This document shows, in pieces, positions 11,573 through 21,715 of a DNA stretch of 64,000 bases. A model generated the notes under the pieces. The model saw only the letters and a program-made list of their open reading frames with translations, searched no databases and was not told where the DNA came from. The position numbers and the translations under genes are program-made. This DNA comes from Candidatus Levyibacteriota bacterium (GTDB taxonomy: Bacteria; Patescibacteriota; Microgenomatia; Levybacterales; UBA12049). The stretch spans positions 686,980 through 750,979 of the forward strand of contig CAWBPM010000002.1 in assembly GCA_963790825.1 (NCBI GenBank), given 5' to 3'. Within the stretch, counting starts at the first letter, position 1. Every line of letters begins with the position of its first letter.

Positions 11573-12667
11573 TTATTTACATGTATAAGTAGAACCATTA
11601 TTCGTAATTAACCCCTTCATCTCCATGACCGTTAACAAGGTCCCAAGTGCTGACGACTGAAGACCTGTCTTACGCGAAATGATATCAAAATGTAATGATT
11701 CATTTTGTAAAAGATCAAGAATTCTTTGCTCTTCCTTCGTCTCTCCTTTAATATTATTTCTTTTCCCTTTTTTAATTTTTAACTCTGAATTTTGAATTTT
11801 GAAATCTTTTAAGATATCTTTGGCGCTGGTTACCATTTTCGCACCACTTTCGATAAGTGATAATGGCCCCTTCGAAAGACTAGAAGTAATCGGTCCGGGG
11901 ACTGCGAAAACTTTTCGTCCGTCTTTTAAAGCATCTTTGGCAGTAATGAGTGCCCCGCTATCCGCTGCTCCTTCTGTCACCAGAACAGCTTGCGACAATC
12001 CGGCGATAATACGGTTTCTCGAAGGAAAAGATCCGACAAGTGGTGACTGCGAAAGAGGAAATTCGGAAACGACTACCCCACCACTGGAAATAATTTTATC
12101 GTACAAACGTTGATTGCTCGTCGGATAACAGCAGTCCACACCGCAACCCAAAACTGCAATTGTTATCCCCTGATTTTCAATTGCTGCTACATGAGCTACC
12201 GCATCAACGCCCATTGCTAAACCGGAAACAATAACATATTCTGCAGCTACCAATTCCCTAGTTAAGGAAGCGGTTACTTCCCGTCCATATGAGGTAATTT
12301 TTCTTGTCCCAACAACGGCAATTGTTCTCTCATTTTCCACTGTGTTAAACGCAAACGTTCCCCAAACATACAGAACAAAAGGCGGACGGAAACTTTCTTT
12401 TAGAAGTTTCGGATATGCTGAGTCATTTAGTGTTAAAAACCAAACATTTGCCAAACGTAATTTTTCTTCATATGCTTCAATTGAAAAATATTTACGAAAG
12501 GTAAGGAATTTTGCTGACAATTTCTTACCCAAACAAGTAGTAAGGTCTCTATCCGTTGCTTTCCATGCATTTTCAGCGCTGTTAAATGTTTTAAGAAGCA
12601 GTTGAAACTTTACCGGCCCGATTCCCATTGCATTCGAAAATCCCAACCAATATCCTTCCTCATCCAT
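11573..12667 (-). CDS. dprA: DNA-processing protein DprA
   Basis: AVVGTRK, IVSGLAMGVD, FPSRNRIIAGLS, SGALITA; adjacent to topA. Confidence 0.96.
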   Translation of the reverse strand: MDEEGYWLGFSNAMGIGPVKFQLLLKTFNSAENAWKATDRDLTTCLGKKLSAKFLTFRKYFSIEAYEEKLRLANVWFLTLNDSAYPKLLKESFRPPFVLYVWGTFAFNTVENERTIAVVGTRKITSYGREVTASLTRELVAAEYVIVSGLAMGVDAVAHVAAIENQGITIAVLGCGVDCCYPTSNQRLYDKIISSGGVVVSEFPLSQSPLVGSFPSRNRIIAGLSQAVLVTEGAADSGALITAKDALKDGRKVFAVPGPITSSLSKGPLSLIESGAKMVTSAKDILKDFKIQNSELKIKKGKRNNIKGETKEEQRILDLLQNESLHFDIISRKTGLQSSALGTLLTVMEMKGLITNNGSTYTCK

Positions 12668-12749
12668 ATCATAATAGTAAGAACGTATGGGAAAATAGTA
12701 AAGAGGCTAATTTCTTGACAACTAGGCTAACTCATGGAATACTTGCATC

Positions 12750-12893
12750 ATGCCAAACACAATTTCTAAAACAACCGATCCGAATAAAATTATTCCATCT
12801 TTTTTAAAAAACTTTTTATTCTGGTTTTTGCTTTATATAGTTCTAACTGCTGTTATTTACGGAATAATCTACGTCCTATTTCTACGCAAATAA
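12750..12893 (+). CDS. 47-aa small membrane protein (not in ORF track)
   Basis: MPNTISKTTDPNKIIPSFLKNFLFWFLLYIVLTAVIYGIIYVLFLRK; TTGACA-N17-AATACT-N6-ATG. Confidence 0.65.
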   Translation: MPNTISKTTDPNKIIPSFLKNFLFWFLLYIVLTAVIYGIIYVLFLRK

Positions 12894-12945
12894 GTTATTC
12901 ATGAAAATACTCATTATGAATATACTTACACTTCTGACACAAACA

Positions 12946-13027
12946 GTCATGCTGGAGTCCTGCTCTGCTGGATGATAGCATCTCATACATAAGATTATAT
13001 CAAGGCTTTCAGCCTCTCCAGAATGAC
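12946..13027. repeat. GTCAT-type palindromic element, intergenic
   Basis: GTCATGCTGGAG...GATAGCATC...GATTATATC...CTCCAGAATGAC. Confidence 0.85.
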
Positions 13028-13126
13028 AAAATTATGTTAGGACTGTGAATAGTTACTTACTATTTAATTTCTTCCTCTTTTATAAAATCTCTGCTATAAT
13101 AAATTGTAAGGCACGTTGCCTTATAT

Positions 13127-13402
13127 ATGCCTGAATTGGTTCGACCGCAACTTCCACCGCCAGATAATAACGAACTGCCAAAACTGCTTTCTGCTCCGAT
13201 GCCACTTGAACAGATTGCAGAAAGATCTCTTTCTATGTCTAGAATAGTTTTTAATCCAAAAGAATTCACTGTTAATCAACTAAATACTTTTAGCAAACTA
13301 CAAGTAAGATACAAAAAAAATCATGGTATATTCACCGAGGATGAACGTAATCGATTACGCTTTATCCGTTGGATACTTCGAACCGGTAGAATTACTCCTT
13401 AA
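13127..13402 (+). CDS. Hypothetical protein
   Basis: 91-aa ORF in intergenic gap; no recognised motif. Confidence 0.5.
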   Translation: MPELVRPQLPPPDNNELPKLLSAPMPLEQIAERSLSMSRIVFNPKEFTVNQLNTFSKLQVRYKKNHGIFTEDERNRLRFIRWILRTGRITP

Positions 13403-13433
13403 GCGAGATCTCCGAATTTGAACAGTGGTAGAA

Positions 13434-15200
13434 TTATTTCTCCTCAAAATACGCTTCCAGAATTTGCTTGGCAATCGGTCCGGCTATTGTTGATCCTTCA
13501 CCGCTTGACTCGGATAACACGGTAACTACAATTTCCGGCTTATCGGCAGGCGCAAAAGCGGTAATCCAAGCATGAGCCAATGTATTCTCATCACCGTGTT
13601 GTGCTGTTCCAGTTTTACACGCAATTTGGATCTTCCTCATATCCGCAGACGTGGATGCTACAGGCAAGATATCTAAACCATTAATTTTTAACTTTGCATT
13701 TTTAACTGTAAACTGAAACAGCGGATACGCTACTCCTCCGGTGCTGCAACTGCCTATCATCCCCTGTTTAATTGCTAAGACCGTGCCGGAACTTAATACA
13801 TTTGCGGTTTTTTTCTCAGGTTTGTTTTTCAGTAAATGCGGAATATATAAAGAACCATCATTGGCAATAACCTCCGTCCATGCATTAACCTGAAGCGGCG
13901 TAGTGAGCAGATATCCTTGTCCGATGCCGTAATGATAGGTGTCTCCCAGGTACCAATTCTCCCCAATCGTTTTCTTCTTCCATTCTAGCGTCGGGACGAG
14001 ACCTTTTGCCTCTCCACTCAGATCAATTCCCAAAGTGTTTCCGAGTCCAAGTTTCCGCGCCATTTCCGATAACCGATCAACCGTTACCATCTCTGCTAGT
14101 TTATAGAAAAAAATATCATTACTGCGGACAAGCGCCCGAACGACGTTCAGAGGTCCTTGTTCTGTTCTTCCATAATCCGTGTAATACCAATTCGCGAAAG
14201 AAAATGATCCGATCTTAAGTATTCCCGGATCGGTAATTGTAAAATGAGTATCTATGACATGATCTTCAAGTCCTGCCGCAGCTGCAACAATTTTAAACGT
14301 CGAGCCGGGCGGATAGGTCCCGGCAATCGCCCGGTTTAATAATGGATGATTCTCTGCGTCTAATAAAACATCTGAGAGTTTTGGGTAAGCACTATTCGAA
14401 GCAGGTTTATAATTTACCCCTTGAGTAAATAAATTCGGGTCGAATGACGGCTTAGAAACCATTGCCAGTACTTCGCCTGTCGGAGTTGAGACAATGGCTG
14501 ATCCATGCGAAACAGAACTCATCGCCCGGTACACTGCTTGCTGAAGCTTTATGTCTATTGTTAAGGTAATGTTTTGCCCGGGAATCGGATCGGTTTGTCC
14601 AAGTGTTCTAACCGTTCTTCCCATAGCATCCACTTCGACAAGTTGTTTTCCGTCCACTCCACGAAGCAGATGTTCATATTGCTGTTCTATTCCCGCTTGT
14701 CCCAGTAAATCATCCAGTTGATAACCTGCAAATTCCGGCTGTTTTAATTGTTCTTTAGAAATCTGTCCGATATAGCCGATAACATGAGCTAAAACGTCTT
14801 TATACGGATACTGTCTGAAGGAATCAATCTCCAAATTTTTATCTCCTTTTGCCATAAGAGAAAGCGCAATGTCCCAGGATATGATCGTTGTTTTTCCTTT
14901 TATTACTTGTCGAAACCCAGGACTGTTGAAAACCAAAGGCACGCCGTTTCGGTCGAAAATAATTCCCCGCGGTGCATGGAGAATCTGGGTTCTGATCCGG
15001 TTGGAATCGGAAAGTGTTCTATAGAATTTTCCCTGCAGCAGTTGAAGAGAAACAAGTTTAACAAAAAGTATACTGCAGGTGAACAGTAAAAGGATGGTCA
15101 GCGGAAAAAGGCGCATTTTCCGTGATTTATTCTTCCCGTAATTTCTCTGGGGAATTTTTTCTGTTCTTATAGAGTCGCCAAATGCGATACCGGTATTCAT
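13434..15200 (-). CDS. mrdA: Penicillin-binding protein 2
   Basis: APRGIIFDRNG, YPPGSTFK, SND, KTGTAQ; follows mreCD. Confidence 0.93.
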   Translation of the reverse strand: MNTGIAFGDSIRTEKIPQRNYGKNKSRKMRLFPLTILLLFTCSILFVKLVSLQLLQGKFYRTLSDSNRIRTQILHAPRGIIFDRNGVPLVFNSPGFRQVIKGKTTIISWDIALSLMAKGDKNLEIDSFRQYPYKDVLAHVIGYIGQISKEQLKQPEFAGYQLDDLLGQAGIEQQYEHLLRGVDGKQLVEVDAMGRTVRTLGQTDPIPGQNITLTIDIKLQQAVYRAMSSVSHGSAIVSTPTGEVLAMVSKPSFDPNLFTQGVNYKPASNSAYPKLSDVLLDAENHPLLNRAIAGTYPPGSTFKIVAAAAGLEDHVIDTHFTITDPGILKIGSFSFANWYYTDYGRTEQGPLNVVRALVRSNDIFFYKLAEMVTVDRLSEMARKLGLGNTLGIDLSGEAKGLVPTLEWKKKTIGENWYLGDTYHYGIGQGYLLTTPLQVNAWTEVIANDGSLYIPHLLKNKPEKKTANVLSSGTVLAIKQGMIGSCSTGGVAYPLFQFTVKNAKLKINGLDILPVASTSADMRKIQIACKTGTAQHGDENTLAHAWITAFAPADKPEIVVTVLSESSGEGSTIAGPIAKQILEAYFEEK

Positions 15201-15637
15201 ATACTCGCTACTTGCTTATTGTCGGGTTCTTTTTTTCTCAAAAAACTACCTGTTAAAAATATAAGAATTGCCAAAACGATACTAAGAAAAAGCTGGATAA
15301 ATAAATTGCTAAAACCAAAAATGAGAAAAAATAAAAGACAGCCAAAAAAAGACGTAAAAAAAACAAAGGGCACTGTCGTTATCTCATATTTTCTCTGGTA
15401 TAAAAGAATAAAAAATAAAAAAAGAATATAGAATAAACCGGTTTCTCCAAGCGGACGAACAGAGAGTATGTCTAAAAGAATTCCTGCAATAAACGCGACA
15501 GGAAAAATAAGAGCACTCTGTTGAGCAAGAGTAAAACAGAGCAAAAAAAGGAGTGTTAACGGTACGACATTTAGCGACGACTCGAGAAGTGTAATAAAAA
15601 ATAAAAAAATAAAAAATAAATATTGCATAGGATACAT
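15197..15637 (-). CDS. mreD: Rod shape-determining protein MreD
   Basis: Highly hydrophobic, AFIAGILLDILS, between mreC and mrdA. Confidence 0.75.
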   Translation of the reverse strand: MYPMQYLFFIFLFFITLLESSLNVVPLTLLFLLCFTLAQQSALIFPVAFIAGILLDILSVRPLGETGLFYILFLFFILLYQRKYEITTVPFVFFTSFFGCLLFFLIFGFSNLFIQLFLSIVLAILIFLTGSFLRKKEPDNKQVASI

Positions 15638-15646
15638 GTGTAACAG

Positions 15647-16477
15647 TTATCTCGTAATCATCATCACAAATATCGTTGTAAGTTCAGGTATATTAATGAG
15701 GCTTTTTACCTCTGCTGTTTGGAAAAGATTGCTTGGTTTTTTATTTATAGAAACTATTGTTCCGATTACGATATCCGGCGGATAAGATAGACTGTTATCA
15801 TCCGAGCTGCCTTTTGTTACAACGATATCTTTTTCCGTTAATTTATCAGACAAGACGACGTTTTCCAGAATCATTACACTATTTCCCTGTCCCTTAAGGA
15901 TACCGAGCGCATTCGTCTGTGAATCGCGTGCGGTTATCGACATATCCTGGCTCCCGATCGGCATAACAATTGCTTCATGGAGAGATACACGACTAATACT
16001 CCCAACTAAATTGTCTTTATAAATTGTAATCATACCCACTTTTAGCCCATCACTACTTCCTTTATCTATCGTAAGCGTGGTCGGCATAGCAATACCGGGA
16101 ATAAAGCTGGAAAGTCCGATTATATTTGCGGGCATTAGCTGTGTCGGAGTAAATTTTGTGTTTACAAATTGGTCGTGAAGGGCTGTATTTTCCCGTTCAA
16201 TCGCTTTCAGTTTTGCCAGTTGTCCTGCAATGTCCGCATTTTTCATACGCAGTTCTTTTATTTCTGAAGAGTCTGAGGTTGTGAAAGTAAAAGCTGATGA
16301 GTATGTTGCGCGTTGCAGCGGAAGTAGAATTTTTTCCGCAGAACCTCGTAGGGAGATTAACAATGGATTCTTTTCAAGAAGCAAAAGAATAAAAGAAAAA
16401 AGTAAAAAAAGGATAAATAAATGAAAAAATCCTGCTCGTTTTACCATAGAGGTATTGTAACACTTTCCAAACCCCAA
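15647..16477 (-). CDS. mreC: Rod shape-determining protein MreC (start likely MVKRAG)
   Basis: TM, coiled coil, TIDKGSSDGLKVGM, YPPDIVIGTI, LFQTAEV. Confidence 0.92.
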   Translation of the reverse strand: MGFGKCYNTSMVKRAGFFHLFILFLLFSFILLLLEKNPLLISLRGSAEKILLPLQRATYSSAFTFTTSDSSEIKELRMKNADIAGQLAKLKAIERENTALHDQFVNTKFTPTQLMPANIIGLSSFIPGIAMPTTLTIDKGSSDGLKVGMITIYKDNLVGSISRVSLHEAIVMPIGSQDMSITARDSQTNALGILKGQGNSVMILENVVLSDKLTEKDIVVTKGSSDDNSLSYPPDIVIGTIVSINKKPSNLFQTAEVKSLINIPELTTIFVMMITR

Positions 16478-16534
16478 GCAAGTCAGAAATTACCTAAAAG
16501 AGGAAATAAAATTATAAGTATAGACCGCTGCGTT

Positions 16535-17245
16535 TTAAAGAGGATTGTTTACAAATCTTTTGTTATGTTCTTCTTTCCATTCATAGACCAACATTGCGCG
16601 ACTCTTTAATTTTTCTCTTCGCAAACGAGACTCTGCAGGAGATTCTCCTAAATATTCTTCCAGAGCATCAATTTGCTCATCTGAAAATATTTTCCTTTCT
16701 TCTATTACCTCCCTATAACGCTTAACGTCTTGTTCAGCTCTATGATAAAGCGCAGCATCTATTTCTGGTACGGTTTGAGCAGCAAAAGCTCCACCGCTTT
16801 CAGGATTATTCCATTGAAAAAGTCTGGCATATTCTTCTAATTCAGGGGACGTTTCGTCCGGACCTTTTGAAGTAACACCATTTATTAGCATATCCTCATA
16901 GCTGTGCCTCACGTAGACTACCGCGCTTGTCGGAAGAAGAGATAGGCTTAATAAGCCGGATAATTGAGTAATCAGTATGGGTCCACTTTCAGAATTCCTT
17001 CGTCTATTTGCCTCTCTTTTTCGTGTAGCTTCATATTGACTTAATTTTATAGCATCATCTCCTCCAGTAATTAGACTAGTCATGTCTTTCGCTGTTTTAT
17101 CCAGAAATGCTATTTCTTCGGAAGAGTAGAGGCTGGGAGGCAATAAATAAAATGCCCCTTTTAATCTGCAGTTAAGTTCTTGGGGAGATGGAAATTCTGA
17201 CCGTTCAGGTCCATGTTGTTCTATCATAAATATATTTTCTAACAC
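16535..17245 (-). CDS. Hypothetical protein between mreB and mreC
   Basis: 236-aa ORF, no recognised motif. Confidence 0.6.
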   Translation of the reverse strand: MLENIFMIEQHGPERSEFPSPQELNCRLKGAFYLLPPSLYSSEEIAFLDKTAKDMTSLITGGDDAIKLSQYEATRKREANRRRNSESGPILITQLSGLLSLSLLPTSAVVYVRHSYEDMLINGVTSKGPDETSPELEEYARLFQWNNPESGGAFAAQTVPEIDAALYHRAEQDVKRYREVIEERKIFSDEQIDALEEYLGESPAESRLRREKLKSRAMLVYEWKEEHNKRFVNNPL

Positions 17246-17305
17246 AAATTAACCTATCTTGCAGTCTTACGTTTTACTATGAAAAATGTTTCTTTATAAG
17301 AAATA

Positions 17306-18571
17306 CTATTTCAATCCCCCGATAACTTTCACTCTATTCAGAAGCTCCTGATCTTCAAGTACTTTTCCGGTTCCGCGGACTACTGAAGTTAACGGATCAT
17401 CGGAAACAACTACCGGCATGTGCGTTCGCTCGACGATCAGCTGATCAAGACCGCGAAGTAATGCTCCACCTCCGGTCAGCAGAATTCCCCGTTCTAAAAT
17501 GTCAGTCAGAAGCTCCGGCGGCGTCTCCTCAAGTACGTCAGCAATTGCCTGGATAATTTGGGTAAATACCGGAGCCAGCGCTTCACGAACTTCTACTTCA
17601 GAAACCCGTAAGCTTTTTGGTAATCCTGTTTCTATGTCTCTCCCCCTAATGATTGCCATTCTATTCCCCTGCTCTTCAATAACTTTCTCTTCTCTGTCGC
17701 TGCTGTCATTCTGGAGCGCGACAGTATGAAATACATAGTCCCCTTGTGAGGTAGCGATAGAATCTTCTGGGGATCCTATCGGTCGCTTTGCTCCTTCCAG
17801 GATGACATCATCTTGTTTTTTATTTTTCTCTTCCTGCTCTTTTAATTTCAATTTTGCATTTTGAATTTTGAATTTTGAATTTGTGTCGTATGCGCTGCCG
17901 ATTTGTATCTTTAGATCCTCTGCCGTTTTCTCTCCAAGCAAAAGTCCATGGCGAAGCCTAATATAGTGTAGAATCGCCAGGTCCATATCATCTCCTGCCA
18001 GTTTTAGAGACCTGCTCACGACAATACCACCCAGTGAAATAATTGCTATCTCAGTTGTTCCGCCACCGATATCGACCACCATTATGCCATTTGACTGAAA
18101 TACAGAAACTCCTTCACCGATTGCACTTGCCATCGGCTCTTCAATCAGATATGCCTCTCCTGCTCCAGCCGACAGTGCTGCTTCCCAGACTGCACGTCTT
18201 TCAACCTCGGTAACTGATGAGGGAATTCCGATCACCACCCTAGGTCGAGCCAGGGTTTGAGTAAAAAGATTTCCCATTTCATGCACCTTTTTAATGTAAA
18301 AGCTTATCATTGCTTCTGTTGCATCAAAATCAGAAATTACACCTCCCCGAAGCGGTTTGACTGTCACGATAGAAGCAGGCGTTTTTCCCAGCATTTTTTT
18401 GGCTTCAGTTCCTATGGCAATTACTTGTTTACTTTTTTTATGCATTGCAACTACCGACGGCTCACGAATAACGATCCCCTTGTTCTTGACAAAAACCAAT
18501 GTATTCGCAGTACCCAAGTCTATGCCTATATCATGGCTAAATAAACTGTAAAATTTATGTGCTAGATTCAT
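17306..18571 (-). CDS. mreB: Actin-like MreB with ~70-aa insertion
   Basis: IGIDLGTANT, IEEPMASAIG, VDIGGGTT, LTGGGALL. Confidence 0.97.
   Translation of the reverse strand: MNLAHKFYSLFSHDIGIDLGTANTLVFVKNKGIVIREPSVVAMHKKSKQVIAIGTEAKKMLGKTPASIVTVKPLRGGVISDFDATEAMISFYIKKVHEMGNLFTQTLARPRVVIGIPSSVTEVERRAVWEAALSAGAGEAYLIEEPMASAIGEGVSVFQSNGIMVVDIGGGTTEIAIISLGGIVVSRSLKLAGDDMDLAILHYIRLRHGLLLGEKTAEDLKIQIGSAYDTNSKFKIQNAKLKLKEQEEKNKKQDDVILEGAKRPIGSPEDSIATSQGDYVFHTVALQNDSSDREEKVIEEQGNRMAIIRGRDIETGLPKSLRVSEVEVREALAPVFTQIIQAIADVLEETPPELLTDILERGILLTGGGALLRGLDQLIVERTHMPVVVSDDPLTSVVRGTGKVLEDQELLNRVKVIGGLK
17705..17806. repeat. GTCAT-type palindromic element inside mreB (102 nt)
   Basis: GTCATTCTGGAG...GATAGAATC...GATCCTATC...CCAGGATGAC. 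Confidence 0.88.
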
Positions 18572-18803
18572 AGTTGAATAACAGCTCGCCCCGTCAAAGC
18601 CGCAGCATGAGGCGTGAACGAATACATGCGGCTCCTCACTCAGAATTTTGAATTATAAATTTTGAATTCTGAATTCTTTATTATAGCCACATTCTAACAG
18701 CTTGCCGGTTCTTTCTCAACCGGAATCCCCAGTTCTTATAAATATTTATTGGTTTTTTCTCTTGTTCCTTTTAAATTTAATATGCTAGAATAGATGAATA
18801 ATT

Positions 18804-21086
18804 ATGATAAAACTTTGCAATAGAGTTATCGAATACTCCTTCTACGCACTCTTTCTTCTTGTTCCCTTGGTACTTAGTAATTCTACTTATGAACTTTTTG
18901 AATTCAATAAAATGTGGCTGACCTTTGCTCTTACCATTATTATCGCTCTGGCTTGGTTTACTAAAATGATTTTAACCCGCCAAATTCGTGTTCAGCGAAC
19001 TCCACTTGATATTCCTATCCTCCTCTTCCTGCTTTCCCAGATTATTTCAACTATTTTCTCTATGGATTCCCATCTATCCTTATGGGGGTACTACTCTCGC
19101 TTTAATGGCGGTTTACTTTCTACTATCTCATATATTTTTCTCTACTTCACATTTGTTTCCAATCTGCAATTTAAGCATGTGATGCGTAACCTTTTCGTGA
19201 GTCTTATTGCCGGATTTATAGTTGCCCTGTGGGGATTTCCTTCTCATTTCGGATATGATCCGACCTGCTATTTATTCCGGGGCAGTTTGGATGTATCCTG
19301 CTGGACTGATGCGTTTCAGCCGAAAGTACGCATTTTTTCAACGCTTGGGCAGCCGGATTGGTTGGCAGCTTATTTAGCCTTACTTATTCCACTTTCGGTC
19401 GCATACGCACTCAAAAAATATTTTACTATCCATTCGCATACAAAGCCATCACTTAAGTTTTTCCTAAGTCCGGTTTTTATCATGCTCTACATATTAACAC
19501 TGCTTTTTTATGTAGATTTAACTTTCACGTTAACAAAAGCCGGATTCGATGCTTTTTGGCTAGGCATTTTTATTTTTTGGATTATTCTTTTTATAAAACA
19601 AATTATCCCGAGAAACATTCTGCTTATATGTTTTAGTTTGTTTACACTTTCATTTCTTATACTGAATTTCTTCTTCGGCATTCCGATAGGAGAACTATAT
19701 AAGTTTACTTTGCCTGTTATCCAGGCTCAGCAGCAAGCGGCAAAAACAAATCCATCAACACAAGCGCAACCCGCTACTCCGGCTCAGTCTCAGGCAGCTG
19801 CTCCGGCCGGTGACTTAGGTAGCACTGACTCCGGGAAAATTCGTCTTTTTGTTTGGCAAGGAGCAATAGATGTGTGGAAAAATTATCCGTTATTTGGCTC
19901 GGGGGTGGAAACTTTCGCTTTCGCGTATTATAAGTACCGGCCTGTCGGACACAACGAGACTTCGGAATGGGATTTTCTTTATAATAAAGCACATAATGAA
20001 TATTTAAACTATTTAGCAACCACAGGAATATTCGGACTTGGAACGTATTTGGTTATTATCTTTCTGTTTCTTTATCTCACTTTTAAGCATCTTTTACAAA
20101 CAAAAGATGGGGATCATACTTCGTTGACGAAAAGTTTACTCATCACGGGACTTGTCGCCGGATATATTACTATACTTATTACTAACTTCTTTGGTTTCTC
20201 CGTGGTTATTATGAATGAGTATCTCTTTCTCATTCCGGTTTTTGTTTTTATTCTTGGCGGAATGCTACCCGATAAAGCATTGCTTTTTGATTTCGGAGTA
20301 CGTAGTAACAAATCGGAAGCGCGCACTTATCCCATTAATTCTAATAATTCACAGACTATTAATCTCTACCAATGGACGTTATTGCTGGTCGTTTTGCTTC
20401 TGGCACTATTCTCTTTGTTTAGTCTTTATCAATTTTGGGATGCTGACACCGCATATGCGTTGGGACATAACTTCGACCAGGTCGGACAGTATCAGCAAGG
20501 TTATGCCCCACTTTTGAAAGCAGTGAATGAACGCCCGGGAGAGCCGGTATTTAGTGACGAGTTATCAGTTAATAATGCTACGCTGGCTTTGGCTTTTTTC
20601 CAACAAAAAGATACAGCACAAGCAACAGATCTCGCAAATCGTGCAATAACGATTAGTAATCAGCTTCTCCAGTCCTATCCTAATAACATTGTCTTTTTGA
20701 AAAGCCGTGTCCGTGTTTTCTATGCTCTTTCCGAAATTAATTCGCAATATATCGCGTACGCACTGGATGCAATGCAGAGAGCCTCCGTATTGGCCCCGAC
20801 TGATGCAAAAATCTGGTATAACCTCGGTGTTTTATATGGCGAAACCGGACAAACACAAAAAGGCATTGATATTCTAAATAGAACTATTCAAATGAAACCT
20901 GATTACCAAGATGCTTATTTTGCTCTGGGCCTTTTTTATCATCAAGCAGCAGTTGACAAGAAAGGAGTTGTTATAAATCCGCCTTTACAAGCGAAGGCAA
21001 TAGGTATCCTTAAATATGTTTTAACCAACCTTAACTCAAATAATACACAAGTGAAAAAAACATTGAAAAGCTGGGGTGCCGTTTGA
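18804..21086 (+). CDS. O-antigen ligase-like protein with C-terminal TPR
   Basis: Multi-TM, STLGQPDWLA, RLFVWQGA, PLFGSG, KAHNEYL, TPR-like helices. Confidence 0.88.
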   Translation: MIKLCNRVIEYSFYALFLLVPLVLSNSTYELFEFNKMWLTFALTIIIALAWFTKMILTRQIRVQRTPLDIPILLFLLSQIISTIFSMDSHLSLWGYYSRFNGGLLSTISYIFLYFTFVSNLQFKHVMRNLFVSLIAGFIVALWGFPSHFGYDPTCYLFRGSLDVSCWTDAFQPKVRIFSTLGQPDWLAAYLALLIPLSVAYALKKYFTIHSHTKPSLKFFLSPVFIMLYILTLLFYVDLTFTLTKAGFDAFWLGIFIFWIILFIKQIIPRNILLICFSLFTLSFLILNFFFGIPIGELYKFTLPVIQAQQQAAKTNPSTQAQPATPAQSQAAAPAGDLGSTDSGKIRLFVWQGAIDVWKNYPLFGSGVETFAFAYYKYRPVGHNETSEWDFLYNKAHNEYLNYLATTGIFGLGTYLVIIFLFLYLTFKHLLQTKDGDHTSLTKSLLITGLVAGYITILITNFFGFSVVIMNEYLFLIPVFVFILGGMLPDKALLFDFGVRSNKSEARTYPINSNNSQTINLYQWTLLLVVLLLALFSLFSLYQFWDADTAYALGHNFDQVGQYQQGYAPLLKAVNERPGEPVFSDELSVNNATLALAFFQQKDTAQATDLANRAITISNQLLQSYPNNIVFLKSRVRVFYALSEINSQYIAYALDAMQRASVLAPTDAKIWYNLGVLYGETGQTQKGIDILNRTIQMKPDYQDAYFALGLFYHQAAVDKKGVVINPPLQAKAIGILKYVLTNLNSNNTQVKKTLKSWGAV

Positions 21087-21138
21087 TAATAAAAATACCG
21101 CTGGACATGACAAAAAGAACAGATTAAAATACTAAACT

Positions 21139-21693
21139 ATGCTGAAAATAGTTCAAGCACCGGATGACGCACTTGCGAAAAAAGCGAAAAGTATTGAAAA
21201 AATTGATAAAGTAATTCTCCGCCTTATTTCCGAAATGACAGAAACACTTATGCGGCAAAAAGATCCGGAAGGCGTTGGTCTGGCAGCACCTCAAGTGGGT
21301 AAATCATTACGACTTTTTTTAGTACGCCTTACTCCGAAGTCGCCTGTCCTTAGCTTTATTAATCCGGTGATGTCTGTTCCTCTTGGCACACCGCTAACTA
21401 ATGATAAAACAGCGAAGAAAGAGAAGTCAATGCAACTTGAAGGATGTTTGTCCTTGAATAATATTTGGGGCGTGGTGAAAAGATATGAGTCGATTATGCT
21501 ATCTTTTACTGATGAAAAAGGTAAATATCATAAAAAAAAGTTCTCGGGTTTTTTATCAACTGTCATTCAGCATGAATATGACCATCTGCAGGGAATCCTC
21601 TTTCCGAAGCGCGTTTTAGAACAAAACGGTAAATTATATAAAGCAGTACTAAATGAAAAGAGAGAAACCATTTTCGAAGAAATAGAGATATAA
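21139..21693 (+). CDS. def: Peptide deformylase
   Basis: GVGLAAPQVG, EGCLS, QHEYDHL. Confidence 0.97.
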   Translation: MLKIVQAPDDALAKKAKSIEKIDKVILRLISEMTETLMRQKDPEGVGLAAPQVGKSLRLFLVRLTPKSPVLSFINPVMSVPLGTPLTNDKTAKKEKSMQLEGCLSLNNIWGVVKRYESIMLSFTDEKGKYHKKKFSGFLSTVIQHEYDHLQGILFPKRVLEQNGKLYKAVLNEKRETIFEEIEI

Positions 21694-21715
21694 TTTTACT
21701 CTACCCCTTTACGCG

